41,330 nt of DNA. Source: a virus. Position 1 is the stretch's first letter. Every line of letters begins with the position of its first letter. Shown here one piece after another: positions 22,749 through 29,451 of this stretch. The notes under the pieces were generated by a model that worked only from the letters and a program-made list of their open reading frames with translations, was not told where the DNA came from and ran no database searches. Both the position numbers and the translations under genes were made by a program. The DNA is taken from the IMG/VR virus record IMGVR_UViG_3300045988_084973; one strand, written 5' to 3'.

Positions 22749-23038
22749 CAGTATCTAAATTCTGCGAGAAATGCGGCAAGATGATGTGGGACGTGCAGCC
22801 CTGCAAGCGGTTCTGCGATGCTTGCATAAAAGAAAAAGCGAGGCAAAAGGCAAAGCTGAACTACGAAAAAAAGAAAGCGCAGCAGCAAGGCGTTATTTCC
22901 GCCATGCAGGCAAAGAAGCCGGATAAAAAGGCAGCACTGAAACCCCGCATCAAATCTATTGAACAATGCGTAAGAGAAGCCGCCGCGCTGGGCATCTCCT
23001 ACGGCCAGTATGTGCAGCGCGGACTGGATAAGGAGTGA
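22745..23038 (+). CDS. Zinc-ribbon protein with a Lys-rich centre
   Basis: CEKCGK...CKRFCDAC. Confidence 0.55.
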   Translation: MTVSKFCEKCGKMMWDVQPCKRFCDACIKEKARQKAKLNYEKKKAQQQGVISAMQAKKPDKKAALKPRIKSIEQCVREAAALGISYGQYVQRGLDKE

Positions 23039-23090
23039 TTATATGCCGATTAGTACTTTGATAGCAGTAATTATTTGAGGAGGTTTCTTT

Positions 23091-23216
23091 ATGCTCAACA
23101 AAGAATTTTGCATTCCTCTTGAAGAGCTTGTTGAGGAATTGGCACAGCCTATGAGCACTACCGATATTGCAGAATTGACCATTCAGCTGCAAATCGGAAA
23201 AGACAGCAAAGATTGA
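23091..23216 (+). CDS. 41-aa hypothetical protein
   Basis: GAGGAGG RBS 8 nt upstream of the ATG. Confidence 0.4.
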   Translation: MLNKEFCIPLEELVEELAQPMSTTDIAELTIQLQIGKDSKD

Positions 23217-23231
23217 ATAAGGAGTGAGACT

Positions 23232-23621
23232 ATGGACGCATTAGAGTACGAAAAGGCGCGCATTCGGATGTGCCAAACGATGATTCTCAAAAAGGGCGGG
23301 TGTGAGCCCTGCCCCCTGTACAGCGTACTAGCGCGAAAATGCGGGTTTGCCGCGAGTGTAATACCAAATCCTGATATAGATACAATAAAGAACAATGTTG
23401 ACCGCGTAATTAAGTGGGCAAAAGACCACCCCGTCAAGACCCGTCAGAGTGAGTTCTTGAAGTTGTTTCCTAATGCAACAATAGATGAAGATAATGGAAT
23501 TTTATGTATTAAACCTTGCACCATTGATGAAAGCATTGGATGCACAAATGGAAAAGGCTGCGACGACTGCTACCGCAAATACTGGCTCACGGAGGTAACC
23601 GACAATGGTAACGTTTATTGA
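23232..23621 (+). CDS. Cys-rich hypothetical protein
   Basis: AAGGAGTGAGACT then ATG. 129 aa. Confidence 0.55.
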   Translation: MDALEYEKARIRMCQTMILKKGGCEPCPLYSVLARKCGFAASVIPNPDIDTIKNNVDRVIKWAKDHPVKTRQSEFLKLFPNATIDEDNGILCIKPCTIDESIGCTNGKGCDDCYRKYWLTEVTDNGNVY

Positions 23622-23814
23622 TGATGATGATATCGAACTAAAGCCTTGCCCGTTCTGTGGTGCCTTCCTAGAAAACGAAGCGCCCAGCACTATCTGGTGT
23701 CATCCGCAAAACAGTTGTTTGCTGAGCCTCCGTGGCATTGTTGGAGCTGACCAAATCGCTCAGTGGAATACGCGCTACGATGCAAAGGGAAAGAAGGTGC
23801 TTGACAATGACTAA
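23605..23814 (+). CDS. Lar-like (restriction-alleviation family) zinc-ribbon protein
   Basis: LKPCPFCGA ... WCHP..C ... IAQWNTR matches the Lar-family pattern CPFCG...WN.R. Confidence 0.6.
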   Translation: MVTFIDDDDIELKPCPFCGAFLENEAPSTIWCHPQNSCLLSLRGIVGADQIAQWNTRYDAKGKKVLDND

Positions 23815-24394
23815 CATTACAACCCTGCGCCCAGGCGAACACTTCATGTTCAAGAATTTTGAGTGGGTCTGCCTTGACCCGAACCACCCTGACGGCGGCG
23901 TGCTGGCTATTATGGCAACGCCGTGGACAAAAGATGTAAAATTCTGCCCAAGTGATAAATTCACAGATGAGAAAGGAAACTGGAATAACTACCGCACCAG
24001 TAATGTACGTGAGATTCTATCTGATATGGCGAACGCTGTTTTTGAGGAAAAGAGTCTGCTGCCACATACCGTTGACCTTGTTGCCGACAACGGAGACAGA
24101 GCTTATGGCACTGTACAGGACTTTGTTTTTATCCTCACTTGTGACGAGTACCGCAAGTACCGTGAGTTCATCCCGCACTACGACAGATGGATTTGGACTG
24201 CCACACCGTGGTATTGCGGTGACATAGATTCCGAAACGGGCCACGTTTACAGCGTTCGCAGTGTGGGCACTGTGGGACAGTTGAACGACTTCTTGGCGTA
24301 CTACGGTTATTCCGTCGCCCCTGCCTGTGTTCTAAATCCGAAATTTCTCAATCTGCGCCAGAGCATGGCCTATGTAGAGGAGGTATCAGAATGA
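23807..24394 (+). CDS. Hypothetical phage protein (DUF6273-like pattern, tentative)
   Basis: 195 aa. ..FEWVCLD.., ..VFILTCDEYRKY.., ..WTATPW.., ..VAPACVL. Confidence 0.65.
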   Translation: MTNITTLRPGEHFMFKNFEWVCLDPNHPDGGVLAIMATPWTKDVKFCPSDKFTDEKGNWNNYRTSNVREILSDMANAVFEEKSLLPHTVDLVADNGDRAYGTVQDFVFILTCDEYRKYREFIPHYDRWIWTATPWYCGDIDSETGHVYSVRSVGTVGQLNDFLAYYGYSVAPACVLNPKFLNLRQSMAYVEEVSE

Positions 24395-24681
24395 CGAAAA
24401 AGAAAGCTATCAAAACGATTATGGCTGTTACCCACTATGGAAATAGAATCTGGGCGAATAAGTTGTTTGACTATGTAAAAAAACAAATGATGGAAAACTC
24501 AAGCAATGTCGATATCTGCTATCGCACGCTTTGCATGATTTATAATACTACGGTGTCAGAACAAAACCAGAAAAATGCGATTGCCGGTTTACGGTCGTGG
24601 CTTATGGGAAAACAATTCCGAGACCGCTATGGTAAAGACATCGGCGGGAAGCTCCTTGCAGACGTGGAGGTATCCGAATGA
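24391..24681 (+). CDS. Hypothetical protein
   Basis: 96-aa ORF with an ATGA overlap. Confidence 0.55.
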   Translation: MTKKKAIKTIMAVTHYGNRIWANKLFDYVKKQMMENSSNVDICYRTLCMIYNTTVSEQNQKNAIAGLRSWLMGKQFRDRYGKDIGGKLLADVEVSE

Positions 24682-24833
24682 CTATCCTAGCAAATATCAT
24701 CGGCGCTGCAGCGCTTGCCGCCATGTTTGTTGTATTCTACGCTCTGGGCGTATCCGCTGGCCGCGAAGCAACGCAACAGCGGAAAGAAGATATTAGCATG
24801 GAGCATACACACGGAGGTAATGACGGTGAATAA
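24678..24833 (+). CDS. 51-aa membrane peptide
   Basis: MTILANIIGAAALAAMFVVFYALGV.. followed by a charged tail. Confidence 0.4.
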   Translation: MTILANIIGAAALAAMFVVFYALGVSAGREATQQRKEDISMEHTHGGNDGE

Positions 24834-24969
24834 GTCTTGCGAAAACTGCCAATATTGTGACGATTTTGACCACGTTTGCTTAAATGGGAAAAGCCCAAAT
24901 GCTTTTGAGTTTACATTTGACACAAAACTATGTAATCAATGGAAGGGAAAAGACAATGCGGCTAATTGA
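24826..24969 (+). CDS. Cys-rich small protein (start at 24820 or 24826)
   Basis: GGAGGT then GTG. CENCQYC..C..C. Confidence 0.4.
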   Translation: MNKSCENCQYCDDFDHVCLNGKSPNAFEFTFDTKLCNQWKGKDNAAN

Positions 24970-25249
24970 TGCAGATGAATTATGCGAGTATTGGCTCTAT
25001 AACGGTCTGAACGAGAGGATATACGATACAAACGATGTGCTTGAAAGTATTGATGAGCAGCCAGACGTTGACCCCTAATCCCTGCGACCTACGGCGCATT
25101 GGATAAACCGAGGATATGTTTGCGGAGAAAACGCATACGAGTGTTCCGCTTGCCACCAAACAGAGTGGAGAACAAGCGCAAGCCGTATGAAGTATTGCAT
25201 GTTTTGCGGCGCAAGGATGGTGAACACAGATGAAAAGCATTGTACTTGA
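24956..25249 (+). pseudogene. Zinc-ribbon gene interrupted by one in-frame TAA (25076..25078). Either a nonsense pseudogene or a read-through gene.
   Basis: The MRLIDADELCEY..PDVDP ORF stops at TAA. The same frame then stays open for 57 more codons: SLRPTAHWINRGYVCGENAYECSACH...YCMFCGARM... That extension has no start codon or RBS of its own. Confidence 0.6.
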
Positions 25250-25700
25250 TGGAGATAAGATTGCTGAAGCTATCAAAAAGGCAAAAGATAAAATGATAAA
25301 TGGAGAATATGACAACAATGATTTGATTTTGCGCGGCGATGCGTTAAAAGCAATCAGACAGAGGTGCATTAGCGAGCATTTGCCTTTTAAATCAAATACG
25401 CCAGTTGGCGCGCGGGTTTTTGATGCTCTTGCTGCTGTATATCAGGTTAAACCATATAAAGAGGAGTCTAAAACGATCGTTTGGCACGATGCGCAGAATG
25501 ACCCGCCCAAAGAAAACGGAGAATACCTGTGTTACTACGAATACTTCCGTTATGGCAACTACTACTGCATGTACCGTACAATTGATCGTGGATATTTTTT
25601 CAATGGTCAATGGGGCGGTGAGCCTACGCGTGGAACTAGCACAAAAGTCCTCAAATGGACAGAACTGCCGCTCCCCGAACCCCTGGATGTGACCACATGA
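25230..25700 (+). CDS. Hypothetical protein with a DUF551-like C-terminal domain
   Basis: ..IVWHDAQNDPPKENGEYL....VLKWTELPLPEP. Confidence 0.65.
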   Translation: MKSIVLDGDKIAEAIKKAKDKMINGEYDNNDLILRGDALKAIRQRCISEHLPFKSNTPVGARVFDALAAVYQVKPYKEESKTIVWHDAQNDPPKENGEYLCYYEYFRYGNYYCMYRTIDRGYFFNGQWGGEPTRGTSTKVLKWTELPLPEPLDVTT

Positions 25701-25885
25701 CAAAACAGCAACTAGTTGACGAATACGCCCGAGAACATCTTTGCGCGACATGCGAGTGGAAGAATGGCAATATTTGCACGCTGCCGCGCTGCATGAAAGT
25801 GGAAGAAAGGAGATACAATGACCCGAGAAGAATTCAACCAAAAGAAAACGTGGCTATGGAGATACCAACGCAGCAGGAATCATGA
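25697..25885 (+). CDS. Cys-rich small protein; overlaps the start of the next gene
   Basis: ATGA overlap. CATCEWKNGNICTLPRC. Confidence 0.4.
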   Translation: MTKQQLVDEYAREHLCATCEWKNGNICTLPRCMKVEERRYNDPRRIQPKENVAMEIPTQQES

Positions 25886-26249
25886 ACGGCAGCTGCGCCA
25901 GCAGATACAGAGCGAACGTGAACGAGCAGCAGCGACAACTAAAGCATTATCCCCCGTTGTGGTGTCTGCTGGCGGTAAAAATAAAATCGAGGATGCCGTT
26001 TGCAGAATCATGGAGCGTCAAGAAGCTCTATACAAGCAGATTATTGACACCGAGATGCAAAGGGAAGAAATTGAAACCGTAATAAACTCTGTGCAAGACC
26101 AAATGCAGCGGGACGTTTTGCGGGAGCGGTATATTGTCGGCACACCGTATTGGTGGAAAATTGCGATAAATCTAAATATTTCCGAGCGATGGGCAAAAAA
26201 ATTACACCGCGCTGCAATTGAAAATCTGTGCACTCCAGTTCACTTTTAA
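25818..26249 (+). CDS. Sigma-70 region-4-like late transcription regulator (DUF1492/RinA-ArpU-type position)
   Basis: AAGGAG RBS. ..RDVLRERYIVGTPYWWKIAINLNISERWAKKLHRAAIENL. Last gene before the packaging module. Confidence 0.7.
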   Translation: MTREEFNQKKTWLWRYQRSRNHERQLRQQIQSERERAAATTKALSPVVVSAGGKNKIEDAVCRIMERQEALYKQIIDTEMQREEIETVINSVQDQMQRDVLRERYIVGTPYWWKIAINLNISERWAKKLHRAAIENLCTPVHF

Positions 26250-26379
26250 TCTGTTATTATAGATATGCTGGATGATGTAGGAACGGGACAGCCTACGACA
26301 TTGCTAAAACCTCTTTTCTTTATTGTTTCAATTCTCCTATTCTTATAGCTGGCAGCCCGGAAAGACGGGCATTTTATAT

Positions 26380-26461
26380 GCCGCATAGCCAATCGCAAGA
26401 TAAGGGCGCTACGCTTAGAAGCGACCGCGTAGAAATGGTGTGAGACCTATGTGCGGCTCCA
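26380..26461 (+). ncRNA. tRNA-like element A (82 nt): 7-bp acceptor-type helix, T-loop-like hairpin, encoded TCCA end
   Basis: GCCGCAT pairs with GTGCGGC, followed by T and CCA. GG-TGTGAGA-CC hairpin. The core does not fold as a canonical cloverleaf. Confidence 0.5.
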
Positions 26462-26610
26462 AGGCCATGCAATGGGTCTGTCCTATCCGTAAGGGACGAA
26501 ACTTTTCCCCGCATCTGCTGGCGGGTAAGTTCAGCAGAACCGTGCCGGGTCAAGGCTGGCGCTGCTGGCTTCTGCAACAAGAGTCGTTCCTGAGCGGCGC
26601 TATTTTATAT

Positions 26611-26715
26611 GCTGCATAGCCAGCCGCAAACTTGGCCTGACAAGTCAATACGGCAAGGGCGCTGCGTTCCGCAAGCTACGGCGTGGCAAAGGTGCAAGAC
26701 CTATGTGCAGTACCA
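26611..26715 (+). ncRNA. tRNA-like element B (105 nt), paralogue of element A, with an encoded ACCA end
   Basis: GCTGCAT pairs with GTGCAGT, followed by A and CCA. Blocks shared with A: TTTTATATGCyGCATAGCCA, AAGGGCGCT, AGACCTATGTGC. Confidence 0.5.
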
Positions 26716-26879
26716 GAGGTCGGGTAGCGCCCGAACGATGTGAGCGTGTATGGCATACCTCACCCAGAATAAAAATGCCTGCTGAAAACTATCGGAATGG
26801 ATGGTACGTAACGTCTGTTCGTGAAAGAGACCATGACTCTCAAGTAGACGATAGATAATCTAAGCGGGAAGCCTACCAT

Positions 26880-26955
26880 GCTGGATTAACTCAACTGGTA
26901 GAGTATCTGTTTTGTAATCAGACGGTTCGGGGTTCAAGTCCTCGATTCAGCACCA
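26880..26955 (+). tRNA. tRNA-Thr (anticodon UGU), CCA encoded
   Basis: Manual cloverleaf: GCTGGAT/ATTCAGC acceptor, ACTC/GAGT D stem, loop TTTGTAA, CGGGG-TTCAAGT-CCTCG T arm. 76 nt. Confidence 0.85.
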
Positions 26956-27198
26956 ATGCCGATGATACGGGTAAAGGTAGCAGGGCCGGACGCGGCAATT
27001 GTGTTCCCCGTTAGGCAACCGCCACGAGCCTACTGACAGTGCGTAACATGTGGCGGATTCTGCAATACAGGGTGGCTCTCTGCCGTGGAAGTCGGCCAAC
27101 TTTAGCTGAAACATTGCTATGGATTGCCAAGCCAAACAGGTTCATGCCGATATGCCCCGCTAAAGAAACTTGCAGGGCAGAGCGCATGAGCCTTATAT

Positions 27199-27282
27199 GC
27201 CAACATAGCTTAACTGGTAAAGCCGGGCCTCATGACAGCATAGCTGCGGGTTTAGTTGCGGGTTCAAATCCTGCTGTTGGCG
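27199..27282 (+). ncRNA. tRNA-like element C, or a pseudo-tRNA: canonical acceptor, D and T arms and a CTCATGA segment, but no anticodon stem
   Basis: GCCAACA/TGTTGGC, GCTT-AACTGGTA-AAGC, GCGGG-TTCAAAT-CCTGC. The 34 nt between the D and T arms cannot form a 5-bp stem around CAT. Confidence 0.5.
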
Positions 27283-27681
27283 AAAGCTGGGTCGCTCCCA
27301 CCGGTGAAAGCCCGGCGCAGGCAAAACGCGATAGCTAACCTGAACGCTATAAGCAAAGCGGCAAGCCGATACGGAGCGCGGAGCGATGGCAAGACGCAAC
27401 GGGACTGTGAGAGCCTGAAAACTTTTGCCCGCACAGTGAAGTGCGAAACCAAACTTCAACCGCGAATCGGTGCGCGGGTATAAATGCCGCCGGATGCCGC
27501 AAGCCCGGGCGGGGTACAAATGCAGGGAATCAAAAAGCGCGTGGACAGCAGGCACGTTAAATTCTGACTGTACAAAAGCGTTGCGGATTTGCTCACCGCA
27601 ACGGGTGAGACCGGCACAGCATAAACCGGTAGGGCGGGAACGCGCTTTTCCTCCGGCGCAAAGGGGTTCTGGGGGATATAA

Positions 27682-27709
27682 GCCTACACAAATTGTGTGG
27701 GCTTTTTGT
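27682..27709 (+). terminator. Rho-independent terminator just upstream of terS
   Basis: GCCTACACA aat TGTGTGGGC followed by TTTTT. Confidence 0.75.
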
Positions 27710-27730
27710 GTTGTAAAGCGAGGTGATAAA

Positions 27731-28156
27731 GTGGCATCAAGAAAAAATCCGGGTGGCGCACCACCTAAATACAGAAGCGTAAAGGCAATGCAAGAAAAGA
27801 TCGATGTCTACTTTGAAGCCTGCAAAGGGAAGCCGTTCTTAGACGATAACGGTGAACCGATGCGAAATAAAAACGGCTATATCATCTATGACGATAAAAA
27901 GCCGCCTACTGTGACAGGATTGGCGCTTGCACTTGGATTCACATCAAGGCAAGCGCTTTTGAATTACCAAAACAAACCAGAGTTCGTTGACACGATTACG
28001 CGCGCAAAGACCATTTGTGAACAGTACGCCGAAGAAAGATTGTACGACAAAGACGGCTCCGGCGGCGCACAGTTCAGCTTGCGGGCAAATTTTGGATGGC
28101 AGGATAAGCCAGAACAACAGCAGGATAGCGAGGTGCAAATCATAGATGACTTGTAA
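27731..28156 (+). CDS. terS: Terminase small subunit
   Basis: GAGGTGA RBS then GTG. ..PPTVTGLALALGFTSRQALLNY..ITRAKTICEQYAEERL..GAQFSLRANFGW. Confidence 0.8.
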   Translation: MASRKNPGGAPPKYRSVKAMQEKIDVYFEACKGKPFLDDNGEPMRNKNGYIIYDDKKPPTVTGLALALGFTSRQALLNYQNKPEFVDTITRAKTICEQYAEERLYDKDGSGGAQFSLRANFGWQDKPEQQQDSEVQIIDDL

Positions 28157-29417
28157 GCTATCCGGGATTGTTTCTCCTTGTTTCGCCGAAGTTCACCGCG
28201 AAATCAAGGCGGGCAATGTAAAAGAGCTTGTCGCAAAGGGCGGGCGCGGCAGTACAAAATCCAGCTATATTAGCATAGAGCTAATTTTGCAGCTTATAAA
28301 GCATCCGCAATGCCACGCAGCAGTGTTCCGCAAGGTCGGCAACACACTGCGCACAAGCGTTTATGCGCAGATTGTATGGGCAATCAATGAGCTTGGTTTG
28401 CGCGACCGTTTTCGCTGCACGGTCAGCCCGATGGAATGCACCTATTTGCCAACTGGGCAAAAGGTGCTTTTTTTTGGCATGGACGACCCAGGCAAAGTAA
28501 AGTCAATCAAGATGCCGTTTGGATACATCGGCATCGCATGGTTTGAGGAGCTAGATCAGTTCGACGGTGAAGAGCAAATCCGAAATGTGGAGCAATCCTG
28601 CATGCGCGGCGGTGACTGGTTCATCACGTTCAAGAGCTTCAACCCACCTGCAATGGCGCGGAACTGGGCGAACGGCTACGCGCTGAAAGCACGCAACGGA
28701 AAGCTGATACATCATTCCACCTACAAAACAACGCCCGCAGAATGGCTCGGAGAGCGGTTCCTGGCAGATGCGGAATACTTGGAACGCACAAACGAAACGG
28801 CCTACCGACACGAGTATCTGGGCGAGGTTGTCGGTAGCGGCACGGCGGTATTTGAGAATCTGCGCATTGAACCAATCACAGATGAACAGGTGCAGACCTT
28901 CGACCGCATCAAGCGCGGCGTGGACTGGGGCTGGTACCCTGACCCGTGGACATACAATGCTATGCACTATGACGCGGCACGTCGAACACTGTACATCTTT
29001 GATGAACTGACACGGCGCAGAACCAGCAACCGAGACACCGCGCAGCTGCTTTTGGATAGAGGGCTGACGCGCGAGGACAAAGTCTGCGCGGATAGTGCTG
29101 AGCCGAAATCTATTGCGGACTATAACAAGTACGGAGTAAAGACATTCCCCGCCCGCAAGGGGCCGAAATCGGTTCGATACGGCACAAAGTGGCTGCAAAT
29201 GCTGGAAGCTATTGTCATTGACCCAGAACGTTGCCCGGACACAGCAAAGGAATTCAGCGAGTACGAGTACGAGCGAGACAGCAAGACGGGGGAAGTGCTG
29301 GAAGGCTACCCGGATTTGAACAACCATCACATTGACGCAGTGCGTTATGGGATGGAAAGCACAGCGAACAAAGCCGGAGACAATACGGCAATGAAGTATC
29401 AAAGCATTTACAGATAG
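28146..29417 (+). CDS. terL: Terminase large subunit (PBSX/Terminase_3 type)
   Basis: Walker A GGRGSTKS. 423 aa. Nuclease-domain C-terminus with ..HHIDAVRYG. Confidence 0.95.
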   Translation: MTCKLSGIVSPCFAEVHREIKAGNVKELVAKGGRGSTKSSYISIELILQLIKHPQCHAAVFRKVGNTLRTSVYAQIVWAINELGLRDRFRCTVSPMECTYLPTGQKVLFFGMDDPGKVKSIKMPFGYIGIAWFEELDQFDGEEQIRNVEQSCMRGGDWFITFKSFNPPAMARNWANGYALKARNGKLIHHSTYKTTPAEWLGERFLADAEYLERTNETAYRHEYLGEVVGSGTAVFENLRIEPITDEQVQTFDRIKRGVDWGWYPDPWTYNAMHYDAARRTLYIFDELTRRRTSNRDTAQLLLDRGLTREDKVCADSAEPKSIADYNKYGVKTFPARKGPKSVRYGTKWLQMLEAIVIDPERCPDTAKEFSEYEYERDSKTGEVLEGYPDLNNHHIDAVRYGMESTANKAGDNTAMKYQSIYR

Positions 29418-29451
29418 GCGGTGAGGGAAAATCAGAACATATCAAGACTTT

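Larger units (their letters stand above)
26250..27709 (+). ncRNA. Roughly 1.45-kb non-coding, hairpin-dense RNA locus containing a tRNA and tRNA-like units. Candidate large structured RNA and/or processed RNA array.
   Basis: No credible ORF on either strand. Many GC-rich stems with A-rich linkers. Bounded by a terminator at 27682..27709. Confidence 0.5.

Noticed and set aside
26380-26715. Ochre or amber suppressor tRNA hidden in elements A/B (TTAG and TTA strings in loops), which would explain the in-frame TAA at 25076
   Set aside because: I could not place UUA or CUA in a 7-nt loop closed by a 5-bp stem in either element. The link stays an untested idea, not a call.
26374-27555. ORFs of 62 to 120 aa on both strands in the large gap (26374..26580, 26947..27135, 27039..27338, 27193..27555 and others)
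   Set aside because: They overlap one another and overlap the tRNA and tRNA-like units. They lack RBSs and encode Arg/Cys/Pro-rich strings, so the region is better explained as RNA.
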